Of a DNA stretch of 64,000 nt, positions 46,562-55,976 are shown one piece after another. Location of the stretch: contig OZ244207.1 of assembly GCA_965216875.1 (NCBI GenBank), forward strand, positions 6,624,001 to 6,688,000, in the 5' to 3' direction. The stretch is from Rubripirellula sp. GTDB taxonomy: Bacteria > Planctomycetota > Planctomycetia > Pirellulales > Pirellulaceae. The notes below the pieces were generated by a model. The model was not told the DNA's origin. It saw nothing but the letters and a program-made list of their open reading frames with translations, and did not search any database. The stretch's first letter is position 1; each line of letters opens with the position of its first letter. Made by a program: the position numbers and the translations under genes.

Positions 46562-46590
46562 TATGCTATACATAAGTTGTCAGTAGTCAA
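46562..46590 (-). promoter_or_regulatory. Putative sigma70 promoter of the padR operon with an overlapping inverted repeat
   Basis: Minus strand TTGACT (46590-46585), 16 nt, TAGCAT (46568-46563); TATG-N5-CATA palindrome at 46562-46574 overlaps the -10 box. Confidence 0.5.
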
Positions 46591-46649
46591 GCTGAGATCA
46601 ACGAATTGCCTCAGGCGGATTCGTTCCCTACCCGCTTGGAGTATGGCGG

Positions 46650-47729
46650 TCACTTTGCCGGCGTGAGTAAACCGATCCGCCACTGAAAGGCTCCGTAGCC
46701 CTTGTTGGATTTGTCGCGCTGGAGCATGCCCTGAAAGACGAAGCGAAAGTTCGTGGGGTCGATCGTCATTGTTTCATCGATGCCGTCGCGCACAAGTTCA
46801 CCGTGGCTGACATTGTCGGTCCAATGCTCAACACCCGAGGCGGGACGGATATTCATCGCACTGGCGAATGGCTTTTGAAAACTGTCCGCGATAGGTGTCC
46901 AGTCTCCGTCAAGGCTGTCAGCGAGATACGCTTTGTAGTATCGCTGACCACTCGCCTCGATGACCGTTAGGTATTGGTCACGGTCTTTTAGCTTGTAGGT
47001 GTGGCTTGCCTCAAAGATCTGAGCCTTCAGAGCAAGTTCGCAGTTGTCGAACCCACTTGGGAAATCTTGCAAACGTGTTGTCAGACGCCACATGCGTCCG
47101 TCGAGGCTGGTGAGGAACAAATAGGCTCGATCGTCATCGCAAACGATCCAGTAGTCGAGTCCGCCGACCTTGCGTGGGTCTTCTGGGCCGCCATCAAGCA
47201 TCGGGCGTGCCTTTGTCCACGAAGTTGGATCCGTGATGTCGGGCGTCGTCGAGTAGGCCACCCACATCATCTTCGTGTCGGCGGTTCCAACTTGGTAGAT
47301 CAGGTACCACTTTTTGTGTGGTCGAAAGTAGAAGACTTGTGGCGCGCAGAAGTACTTGCTCTCACTTACTTCCAAACGCGCTCGTTTGGAGGTGTTTGCT
47401 TCGTCCCAGGAGGCAAAGGAACAGTATTCGATCGCCGACCGTCCTGGAAGTTTGACGGTCATGAACACATGCCACCGACCATCATGAAAGACGACCGTTG
47501 GGTCTTTCTGCGCCCGGCTACGTTCAGCGGCTTGAGTGTCCGGAGAGATAAGGGGTGCGCTGTATTCCCATTTGGCAGGCAGCTCCCAGTGAGCGTTCGA
47601 ACGCGTTCCCTGGGCCGAAGCCGAGTCGGTGATAATGCAAACCACAAACAAGAGTGCGATCAAGCAAATCGCCGTCTCAATGAACGCTTTGTATCGCCGC
47701 CTCAGAGTGTTTTTTACATCGTGGATCAT
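46650..47729 (-). CDS. Glycoside hydrolase family 62 alpha-L-arabinofuranosidase, secreted
   Basis: KDPTVV, APQVFYFRPHKKWYLIYQ, LDYWIVCD, FEASHTYK, WTDNVSHGELVR; N-terminal signal peptide. Confidence 0.9.
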   Translation of the reverse strand: MIHDVKNTLRRRYKAFIETAICLIALLFVVCIITDSASAQGTRSNAHWELPAKWEYSAPLISPDTQAAERSRAQKDPTVVFHDGRWHVFMTVKLPGRSAIEYCSFASWDEANTSKRARLEVSESKYFCAPQVFYFRPHKKWYLIYQVGTADTKMMWVAYSTTPDITDPTSWTKARPMLDGGPEDPRKVGGLDYWIVCDDDRAYLFLTSLDGRMWRLTTRLQDFPSGFDNCELALKAQIFEASHTYKLKDRDQYLTVIEASGQRYYKAYLADSLDGDWTPIADSFQKPFASAMNIRPASGVEHWTDNVSHGELVRDGIDETMTIDPTNFRFVFQGMLQRDKSNKGYGAFQWRIGLLTPAK

Positions 47730-47902
47730 GTTGGATTCTCTGCGATCTACCTCGACTGCAACCCGGATGGTTTAACAGCATACCCGTACGAAGCGTCCCC
47801 CGCCTTTGGGAGCAAAGCAACGCATTGGGAGCACAAACAGGATACGATGGAGATCCTTTCCCTCTACCCTTTCGAACCCCACCCTTTTTTCGGTATTCGA
47901 CC

Positions 47903-48979
47903 ATGAGTTCTCTCCACAGGTATGGCTCTGCGTTTGCAGCATTCGCGTTCGCTTTGCTGTCGGTAACCGCTGCTGCTCAGGACGCGAACCAATCGGATGC
48001 CGATCGAAATGGCGCGGCCGACGACAAGCCAGTTCAGGTCTACATCTTGCTCGGGCAATCCAACATGCTCGGCTTCGGGAAGGTTGGACCAGCCGAAAAA
48101 GAAGGAACGCTCACGCACGCTGTCCGGAGCAAAGGCCTCTATCCCTATCTCGTAGAAAAGGATGGCAATTGGACGGTGCGAGACGATGTTCGCAATGTCC
48201 GCGTGATGGGAAGCGGAACCGGCGCGATGCGTCTATTCAACAACGAGTGGATGACGATCAAGGGCAACATCGGTCCCGAAATTGGAATCGGTCATCAAGT
48301 TGGCGATCATGTCGACGCCCCGGTGCTGATCCTGAAAAGTTGTATTGGCAATCGAGCGTTGGGGTGGGACTTGCTGCCACCAGGAGGCGAAGGGTTTGAG
48401 TTCACCGATGACAAAGGCGTCACCTGGGTCCATCCTGGCTACAAAGGCACGCCCGAACGCTGGAAGAAAGGTACGGAGCCCAAAAAGATCAAGTGGTACG
48501 CTGGCATGCAGTACGACGGCGATGTTGCCAGAGCAAAGAAGGTCCTGGAAAACCTTGGTGAATATTATCCAGGAGCGACCGAGTACGAAGTTGCCGGCTT
48601 TTTCTGGTGGCAAGGAGATCGCGACAGTCGAAGCGCCGCGCTTGCGTCACGCTATGAACGGAACCTCGCACATCTGATCAGACAGCTTCGAGAAGACTTC
48701 AATGCACCCAACGCAAAATTTGTTTGCGCGACGTTGGGCCAGACCGAGAAAGGAGCGACCGACAACGGCGGCAAACTCCTCGACGCCATGTTTGCAGTCG
48801 ACGGCGATTCAGGAAAATACCCCGAGTTCAAGGACAACGTCGCCGCCGTCTACACGCATCCCCTTTCGCAAGGCGGCAGTTCGGGAGGCCACTATGGAGG
48901 CAACGCCGAGACCTACATGAACGTCGGTGAAGCGATGGGCAAAGCAATGGTCGCGTTGCTCAAAGCCAACGGCGAGTAA
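47903..48979 (+). CDS. SGNH carbohydrate/sialate O-acetylesterase-like (SASA) protein, secreted
   Basis: YILLGQSNM, IGPE, FFWWQGDRD, GHYGGNAE; ATG 47903 gives a signal peptide. Confidence 0.85.
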   Translation: MSSLHRYGSAFAAFAFALLSVTAAAQDANQSDADRNGAADDKPVQVYILLGQSNMLGFGKVGPAEKEGTLTHAVRSKGLYPYLVEKDGNWTVRDDVRNVRVMGSGTGAMRLFNNEWMTIKGNIGPEIGIGHQVGDHVDAPVLILKSCIGNRALGWDLLPPGGEGFEFTDDKGVTWVHPGYKGTPERWKKGTEPKKIKWYAGMQYDGDVARAKKVLENLGEYYPGATEYEVAGFFWWQGDRDSRSAALASRYERNLAHLIRQLREDFNAPNAKFVCATLGQTEKGATDNGGKLLDAMFAVDGDSGKYPEFKDNVAAVYTHPLSQGGSSGGHYGGNAETYMNVGEAMGKAMVALLKANGE

Positions 48980-49195
48980 CCGCCCTCGATCTTTCAAGCG
49001 GCCTTGGAATGGGTTGCGGGGTGTGCGGTAGCGGCACGCTTCGCCTCGAGAGCACATGTGCAACCGTCGCGATCGGCGCGGATTGTGCCCCATTGAGTGA
49101 ATTGGCACGTCCTTTGCCCGGAAAGCGCCAAGATGTTGGTTCGCCCGGTCTCGTTGAATGAATGTTAGTACTGCACTGCAATTGGAATCTCGTTT

Positions 49196-50602
49196 TTGAT
49201 ACTTCATCGATCTGCTTCACGTTTCCGTTTCAAGGCGGACCGAATTCCACTTGCCGTCTCCCTTATGTTGGTCGGCTTGATGGCTACATCGATCCATGCG
49301 CAGACCGATTCGGTGCAAGGTGAACAGGCTGACTTCACGGTCGATGTCGATATCGAGCAGCCACCGTTCAGGTATTCCAAGACCGACGATGACAATCCTG
49401 TTAGCCGGTGGATCGATCGCTTGGATTCGGGCGAGGCATCTCTCGAATCTTCCTCCAAGATCGGATACCTGCGCGCCATTCTTGAGGCCTTGGATGTTTC
49501 GCCCGCAACCCAAACACTCGTCTTTTCACGCACGAGTTTGCAGGTCAATCACATCTCGCGGCGCAACCCTCGCGCGCTCTACTTCAATGATGATGTCTAC
49601 GTTGGCTGGATACGCGGCAGTCCTTTGATGGAGATTTCGACCGCCGATCCAAAACTGGGTGCGGCTTTCTATACCGTTGATACTTCGATCGAGCCTCCGC
49701 GGGTCAAGCGTGAGTCGTACACATGCCTTGGTTGCCATGCGACCTCGATGACCCAACGCGTTCCCGGTCATACGATGCGCAGTGTGTTCACCGACTTTAC
49801 GGGCAACATTCAATCGCAACGCGCGGCTTACATCACCGATGATACAAGTCCACTGTCGGAGCGTTGGGGAGGCTGGTACGTCACGGGGCAGCACGGGGAC
49901 ATGACGCACATGGGCAACGCGAGTGGTCGCAGTGGAGAGGCTGACAATGGCAACTTGCAAAGCCTGAGTCGCGAATTCAACACGCTCGACTATCTGAGAT
50001 CTTCAAGTGACATCGTTGCATTGATGGTGCTCGGCCACCAAACCCAAATGCACAACGTGATGACGCGTGCCGACTTTTCGGTACGCCAATGGCAGTATGA
50101 ACGTGAAACCTCGGTAGCGGATGACACCCCCGGCACTACGTCTGGTGGCGACCCCGATTCAGCGCCAGAGGCAGAGGTTGAACTTCAGACTCGGATCGAA
50201 GCAACCGCACGGCAGGTGGTGCGTTCGCTTCTGTTTTGTGACGAGACGCAGCTCACAGACGAAGTCAAAGGGTCCATCCTGTTTGCCAAATCATTCACGC
50301 GGCGAGGCCCCGAAGATCAGCAAGGCCGGTCTCTCCGAGAATTCGATTTGAAAACCAGGTTGTTTCGATACCCTTGTAGCTACCTGATCTACTCTGACGC
50401 ATTTAGCAAACTCTCGGAACCACTTCGTCAAGAAATCTTGAGGCAATTGCACGCAGTGCTCTCTGGCGTAGACAAGTCTCGCGAGTTTGAGCATTTGAGC
50501 GATGCATTGCGTGAAGAAATTCTCGAGATCTTGATCGAAACTCACGACGAGTTTCGGAGTGTCGACCCGGCTCGCAGCAATCAAGCGCGCGGCAATTCCT
50601 AA
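49196..50602 (+). CDS. Secreted planctomycete protein with a single CxxCH (putative c-type heme) motif
   Basis: Signal-like hydrophobic N-terminus; LVFSRTSLQ, NPRALYFNDDVYVGW, CLGCH, ERWGGWYVTG, SDIVALMV, SLREFDL, YPCSYLIYS. Start uncertain (TTG 49196 or ATG 49265). Confidence 0.75.
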   Translation: MILHRSASRFRFKADRIPLAVSLMLVGLMATSIHAQTDSVQGEQADFTVDVDIEQPPFRYSKTDDDNPVSRWIDRLDSGEASLESSSKIGYLRAILEALDVSPATQTLVFSRTSLQVNHISRRNPRALYFNDDVYVGWIRGSPLMEISTADPKLGAAFYTVDTSIEPPRVKRESYTCLGCHATSMTQRVPGHTMRSVFTDFTGNIQSQRAAYITDDTSPLSERWGGWYVTGQHGDMTHMGNASGRSGEADNGNLQSLSREFNTLDYLRSSSDIVALMVLGHQTQMHNVMTRADFSVRQWQYERETSVADDTPGTTSGGDPDSAPEAEVELQTRIEATARQVVRSLLFCDETQLTDEVKGSILFAKSFTRRGPEDQQGRSLREFDLKTRLFRYPCSYLIYSDAFSKLSEPLRQEILRQLHAVLSGVDKSREFEHLSDALREEILEILIETHDEFRSVDPARSNQARGNS

Positions 50603-50603
50603 C

Positions 50604-50632
50604 GCTACGGATTGCAATTGCGCTTCCACCAG
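50604..50632 (-). repeat. 29-bp dispersed repeat, copy A
   Basis: Minus strand CTGGTGGAAGCGCAATTGCAATCCGTAGC; 28/29 identical to 59614-59642 (+). Confidence 0.8.
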
Positions 50633-50683
50633 CAGGAATCCTTGCCCAAGTTCACCCAACGCATGTTGCGGCTGCGTCATTGC

Positions 50684-52117
50684 TCACGCGAGCAATTCGG
50701 AAAGTGGGCCACGCAAGTCGAGGTGTTTTAGGTTGCCATCGAGTTGACCGAAGGTTTCGGGGGCGGGCAAACCGACGGCGTGCATGAAGGAGAGATAGAG
50801 GTTGGCGATCGTGCGGTGTCCCGCTTCTTGGTACTTCGGATATTCGATGTAGCGCCCCATCTTCAGTTTTCCAGACAAACCACCGACCAGCAGGAAGGGC
50901 CAATCCGCTTGACCACCATGGTGATCACCGCCAGCACACGACATGTAGACGATGAGCGTGTTGTCGAGCATCGTTCCATCCCCTTCGGGGACGCCGTCAA
51001 GACTTTCGGCCATCTTGGCAATTTGTTTCAAGTGAAGCTGCTCGATCTCACGTCGCGCTTCGAAACCTGTCCAGCCATTCGAGGCTGTGTTGGTATCGAG
51101 ATGTCCGATCGCGTGAACGGAATTGGATAGACCGAGCTCAGAGTATTTAACGCCCAGTGTGTCAGGCCGAAGCGTGATCACGTTGGTCAGTCCCGCCGTC
51201 AATGCTGCGGTCGCGATCTCGAAGTGGGCTTCGATTCGAGCTGACGGTGCGAGCGACTCATATCGGTCAGACAACTCGGGGGCATGCTCCTTGATTTGGT
51301 CGACCAAAGCCGCCTTCTTTTCTTCGATTCGGCGCAGCGTGTTGAACGAATCGGTGTAGAGCTCAAAACGCTCTTTTTCATGATGACTGAGGTGTCGTTC
51401 GATTCGTTTCGCATCTTCGCTCAAGAAATCGAGCAAGTTGCCGTTGAGGGCGAGCTTCTTTTCCAACTGCTCTGGTTTTGCCACCGCCGCACCGAAAAGC
51501 TCCAGGAACGCCTTGCGCGGTGAAGCCTGATAGGCAACCGGTTTGGCGGAAGCGTAGGCGGACAGGTTGGGGTAGCAATACGATTCTTCAGGTTTCCAGC
51601 CCGTTTCAAGCAACCGACCATTCATGGCCATGCCGTACATCGGATAGGGGCCTGTCGAAAGGTGCTGGCCAAGAAGGCAGTCGATCGTTGGCGCAATCGC
51701 GACGCGTTCGGAGTCATGACACGAGAGTGCACCGAACCCACAGGTGTGGTCGCCGCGAAAACCTTCCCCCGACAAGCTTTGGATAATCGTTAGCCGCTGT
51801 TTGTAAGGTTCCAAAACACTCAGCTTGGGCGGCAAAGAGTGATCAGAAAGGGGAACGTCAACGTGTGGCCCTAACCGTCTTGCACGGTTGCCGAGTTTCC
51901 TGCCGTCGTCCGCGGCGACGAAGTGATTCTCGAGCCCCTCGGGCACAAGATTGAATTTGTCAATTCCCGAAGACTTCACTACGAAAACGAACCGTTTGGG
52001 CAACGCACCGTCACCACCGGACGCGTGAACGCGTAGCGAGTGCAACAGTGGTGACATTGCTAACGAAACGCCACCAAGCGACACGTTTTCAAGGAATCTT
52101 CTTCGCTGGTAGATCAT
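50684..52117 (-). CDS. DUF1552 family protein (divergent subtype, Tat-like signal), pair 2
   Basis: MIYQRRRFLENVSLGG, PKRFVFVVKSSG, GDHTCG, TIDCLLG, ALTAGLTNVITL, HAIGH, LDGVPEGDGTMLDNTLIVY, GDHHG, WPFLLVGG. Confidence 0.85.
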   Translation of the reverse strand: MIYQRRRFLENVSLGGVSLAMSPLLHSLRVHASGGDGALPKRFVFVVKSSGIDKFNLVPEGLENHFVAADDGRKLGNRARRLGPHVDVPLSDHSLPPKLSVLEPYKQRLTIIQSLSGEGFRGDHTCGFGALSCHDSERVAIAPTIDCLLGQHLSTGPYPMYGMAMNGRLLETGWKPEESYCYPNLSAYASAKPVAYQASPRKAFLELFGAAVAKPEQLEKKLALNGNLLDFLSEDAKRIERHLSHHEKERFELYTDSFNTLRRIEEKKAALVDQIKEHAPELSDRYESLAPSARIEAHFEIATAALTAGLTNVITLRPDTLGVKYSELGLSNSVHAIGHLDTNTASNGWTGFEARREIEQLHLKQIAKMAESLDGVPEGDGTMLDNTLIVYMSCAGGDHHGGQADWPFLLVGGLSGKLKMGRYIEYPKYQEAGHRTIANLYLSFMHAVGLPAPETFGQLDGNLKHLDLRGPLSELLA

Positions 52118-52133
52118 GGGATTACGGGTCTTA

Positions 52134-54479
52134 CTAGCGTCTGTAGACAAAGGAATCGGAACTCAACAAGGAAACCACCAAGGCTTTGAAACTGCCACCG
52201 CTCTGCAGGTAGGCTTGGTCCGCCTCGATCAATGTTTGTGAGTCGCTAAGCATTTCGTTTCGCCCCATCAGGTAGCGAAACAAGTGTCGGATGAAGGATT
52301 GTCGGGCTCGATCCGATCGGCCAAGGCGATGCATCATTTCAACGGCGCTGCTGACTTCGCCGTCGACTTCCGATTGGCCTGAACCTACGATTGCACCCTT
52401 GGCGTCGATCAACCTCGCGGTGAGTTTGCCCTCTTCTTGACGACGCTCAAACTCTCGGTCGCGGCGCGAATAGATTTCGCCATTTCCGTCAAAGAAAAGA
52501 TGCGTTCTGTATCGGCCCCAGTCGTCATACACCTCAAACGGCTCGCCGAGCGGATTGATTTTCCGGTGGCACTTCCAGCAACGCTGTGAGCGAAGAGGTT
52601 CCATGCGTTCACGCAGTGTCTTGTGTGGGTCGCTGGAAACGGCGGCATCGACATCAGGCGGCACGTCGCCAAGCACTCCAGCCAAAAGTCGCTCGTAGAC
52701 CCAGATCCCACGTCGAATGGGATCGTTGTCTTCGTTCAGCGAATGCGCGGCCAACCAAGCGGGATGCGTTAACAGTCCGGCGCGTTGTTCCTTGGGTAAT
52801 TCGATGGGTTGCTCGAGTGGCCAGTCCCACTTTTGCTCCTCGACCCCGTTGCTACTCGGCAGATTGTAGGGCTCGATGTAGATCAAGTCGGCGATTCCGC
52901 GGGACTTGGAGGTGAAAGGGTAGCTCGGGTGAGGATACATGCCTTTTGCGAGTGCGGTCGTGTATTTCTTGACGCGTGTTTCTTCACTCTTTTGGTAACT
53001 CGCGAGTCGACGCTCGGCTTCATCTTTTTTGAGTTGCCAATCTTTGAGTTCTCGTTCGAGTTGCTTTCGCCGCTGAGCAACCTTGTCCTTGACGTAATTC
53101 GGGGCGGTCACTTCGGCCACACGTTCCTCATAGAACTCACGTGCGTATTGATTGTCGCCGGGGTGGGCGACGAAATAGCGATTGGTTGTCAGCAAAGTAG
53201 CGATGACATCCTTGTCTTCTTTCAGTACATGTTCGATCAGCATCCGAGCGTCATGAATCAACATCGCCGTGTTCCATTGCGGGATCTTTTCTCGTCGGCG
53301 TCGCTCGTTGTCTTTAAAGACGGTGCCCGCTCGGTGGAATCCAAAAAACTCTTCAAAGAATCGCATCACGCGCGGCAAGTCGCGGCGATCCCAATGTCCC
53401 GAAGTGATTTGGTTGCTCAGCATAAGATCGACCACGCGAGCCACATCTTCTTGGTTGCTGAGTTTGCCGTCACGTAAAGCGTCGCGAAGGTAACGGTTGT
53501 GCTCCGGTGTTCGGTCGGTCAAAGCAAACGCGATCGCGTGGGCCAGCTCATTGGACGAGAGATGACGTCGCCCGTGATCGTCAACATCACCGAGCCCAAA
53601 TTCCATTCGGTAAAGCGATTCTGGACTCAAGAACATCGCCTTGATGGTTGTCTTGAGTCCATCGAGGTTGCCGCCGGTTTTGATGTTTTGCTTGAGGAAG
53701 GCAACGTACTTGGTTCGCTCGTCATCACGTGGTGGGCGTCCAATCACGCGTCGATATTCCCTCGCGACGACATCCTTGAGCGTTTGATCATCGGGGATCG
53801 GTGCGTCATCGGCAAAACGAGCGAACTCGCCGCGCTTGTCACGATGCGAAAGGAAAGAGTCCGCCGCGATCAACATCATTTGCACGGTGCTCTGATCGGT
53901 GATCGACATCGCCGCGTAGTCACGGATCCCACGCTCGGACGTGACGTAGGTGTAAGGGCTTTTCGCATTCCCGAATCCTCGTTGCGCAAAAATCTCGGGG
54001 CTGAATCGCCACATTCGCGCGGGAGAAAATGGGGGCGTTTCGATTTCGCCTGAGAAGAGCTTTTCGTGGCTCACCCAGTTTCCGTACTCCGGAGCCAGCA
54101 GTTTCTTTTGGTAGGCTTCGAAGCGATCCGTCTCTTGCATCTTCTGGACGATCCACGCAATCACGTTCGCCTTTTCGATGGCGTTTGGACGCTGTTCGTC
54201 CTGAGGAGGCATTTGGTCAAACTGCAGGCTGTGCAGGACGTCGACCCAACGATTGGCACTCGCGTCGTCGGTAAAGTCGGTCGCAAGATTTTGAAGATCC
54301 AATCCAGCTTCGGATTGATCGCCCCTATGACACTGCTGGCAATGTTGATCGAAAAAGGGGGCAACCGTTTCTTCAAAGGAAACCGATGGGTTGTCGATTG
54401 CATGGCAGGTGGATAGCACGGGGCAACACGCCAACCAGATCATCGTTGCGATGGTCCACGGCGCGAACAACCTGCTCAT
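52134..54479 (-). CDS. DUF1588/DUF1592-related diheme cytochrome-c-like protein, pair 2
   Basis: Signal peptide; CQQCH...QMPP; RAGLLTHPAWL; DPIRRGIWV; CWKCHRKINPLG; FRYLMGRNE; SDSFVYR. Confidence 0.85.
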   Translation of the reverse strand: MSRLFAPWTIATMIWLACCPVLSTCHAIDNPSVSFEETVAPFFDQHCQQCHRGDQSEAGLDLQNLATDFTDDASANRWVDVLHSLQFDQMPPQDEQRPNAIEKANVIAWIVQKMQETDRFEAYQKKLLAPEYGNWVSHEKLFSGEIETPPFSPARMWRFSPEIFAQRGFGNAKSPYTYVTSERGIRDYAAMSITDQSTVQMMLIAADSFLSHRDKRGEFARFADDAPIPDDQTLKDVVAREYRRVIGRPPRDDERTKYVAFLKQNIKTGGNLDGLKTTIKAMFLSPESLYRMEFGLGDVDDHGRRHLSSNELAHAIAFALTDRTPEHNRYLRDALRDGKLSNQEDVARVVDLMLSNQITSGHWDRRDLPRVMRFFEEFFGFHRAGTVFKDNERRRREKIPQWNTAMLIHDARMLIEHVLKEDKDVIATLLTTNRYFVAHPGDNQYAREFYEERVAEVTAPNYVKDKVAQRRKQLERELKDWQLKKDEAERRLASYQKSEETRVKKYTTALAKGMYPHPSYPFTSKSRGIADLIYIEPYNLPSSNGVEEQKWDWPLEQPIELPKEQRAGLLTHPAWLAAHSLNEDNDPIRRGIWVYERLLAGVLGDVPPDVDAAVSSDPHKTLRERMEPLRSQRCWKCHRKINPLGEPFEVYDDWGRYRTHLFFDGNGEIYSRRDREFERRQEEGKLTARLIDAKGAIVGSGQSEVDGEVSSAVEMMHRLGRSDRARQSFIRHLFRYLMGRNEMLSDSQTLIEADQAYLQSGGSFKALVVSLLSSDSFVYRR

Positions 54480-54591
54480 TTTTCGGCCTCTCTCAAGAAT
54501 AACTTACCGACGCAGATTGTATTCGGTGGGCTGGAACGCATTTGTACCAATGCGAATCAACTGGCCGGCCCCCACCGAGTTTCGATCTTGC

Positions 54592-55926
54592 TTACCGAGT
54601 TTCGATATCGACAACCAGCATCGAGTGATCGCTTGCTGGCGGATTTGGCGTTGGCTCATCGCGCAGAACGCTCAGTTGGTGCGAATTGAGAATGAAGCCT
54701 CCTCTTGCGCTCAGACGCGTGGTGTCGACTGTCACGTAGTCGAGTCGCCCTGGCCAAAAGGTTTCCTGTGGCGATACGCCTTGCCAAGTCATCGTCGAAC
54801 CGTCGACCGGACAGCTGAGGAAAACATCTTTCAGGCCGGCCTTATTGAGTAGGTCGAGGGGAGTGCGGGAACCAACCAAGTTGAAATCTCCCAGCACCAT
54901 CACGCCTGCGCTAGCGGGATCCTGTCCAAAGACTCCGTCACGCATGCGTTGAAGATCCGAGAGGAGCAGCTCGACTTCATCGACTCGTGTCTTGTCTTCC
55001 CGGCTTCCCGAGTAACCACAGCACCGAAAGTGTGCCGAAACGACAACGAGCTTTTTGTTATTCGGCAAATGGACAAGGGCCGCTGCCTCTTGAGCTTGGA
55101 TCGTCAGCGGCGTGATCGGAAACCGCGAGACGATCCCGCAGGTCGCTGCCCAGTGGACATTCTTTGAGCCCGCAAATCGCGGAGGCAGGACATTGTCAAA
55201 TGTCGATCGAAAGATCGGTTCTTCAAGTGCTTCGTTGAAGCAATAGATGTCAGCGTCCGCCAGCTCGAAGAGCTTCTTGATTTCGGTCGCCCGGTCGCGC
55301 GACGCACTTCCCTGGCGAAGGGTGTTGAGGCTGGCAATCCGAATCGAGTTCGCCGGCGCGGTCAGGTCACGTTTTTCGCGCCGGACAGCACCAGCTTCTG
55401 TGATGGTCAACAAAATCGGTTTCGCCAAGCGGTCAGAACCTTCGAATTGGAGCCGCACGGTGTCACCGGTTGCAACCTTCAATTCCGACAGGTCGACGCG
55501 CAGTTCGAAGTCCGTTGTCGCAAAGGTTGGCAGCGCCGCAAATTGCAGTTTGGGCCAGGCAATTGCAGTCTGGTTCGCTCCCTCGATCAGGGTGGCGTTT
55601 CGGTTCCTTAGGTCCAGGACCAAACCTTTGTTGTTCGATGTCTCAAACCGCAGTCGCAAGGTCCCGTCTGCCGGATCGCCACTTTGCAAGTTGAGTCTCT
55701 TTTGCGTGTCAAAGCGAATGAAGACTGTCTTGCCATGCACTGCTGCATCGACGCGTGAAAGGTCAAACCCACCGGTCGCATCACCAACCGGGTCTTCATA
55801 GAGTTTGTCGCTTAGCCCCGCCCAGTCATCAAATTCTCCATCAAGACGAATAGGGCCCTGCCCCATCGATATGCCCGGCAGCGCAAACGCGACACACAAG
55901 ACCAAGCACGAACAAAGGATTCTCAT
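54592..55926 (-). CDS. Secreted endonuclease/exonuclease/phosphatase-family hydrolase with an N-terminal beta-sandwich
   Basis: Signal peptide; IRLDGEFDDW...DPVGD; RIASLN, FNE, HFRCC, LGDFN, RLDY, SDH. Confidence 0.82.
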   Translation of the reverse strand: MRILCSCLVLCVAFALPGISMGQGPIRLDGEFDDWAGLSDKLYEDPVGDATGGFDLSRVDAAVHGKTVFIRFDTQKRLNLQSGDPADGTLRLRFETSNNKGLVLDLRNRNATLIEGANQTAIAWPKLQFAALPTFATTDFELRVDLSELKVATGDTVRLQFEGSDRLAKPILLTITEAGAVRREKRDLTAPANSIRIASLNTLRQGSASRDRATEIKKLFELADADIYCFNEALEEPIFRSTFDNVLPPRFAGSKNVHWAATCGIVSRFPITPLTIQAQEAAALVHLPNNKKLVVVSAHFRCCGYSGSREDKTRVDEVELLLSDLQRMRDGVFGQDPASAGVMVLGDFNLVGSRTPLDLLNKAGLKDVFLSCPVDGSTMTWQGVSPQETFWPGRLDYVTVDTTRLSARGGFILNSHQLSVLRDEPTPNPPASDHSMLVVDIETR

Positions 55927-55976
55927 CGCGGGCGTTCCGAACGAAGGCAGGTTGATGGGGGGATCCAGGACGGTTG

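Noticed and set aside
50291..50680. 129-aa minus-strand ORF following DUF1552 pair 2
   Set aside because: Mostly antisense to the CxxCH gene; only its 29-bp repeat segment is notable and is reported separately.
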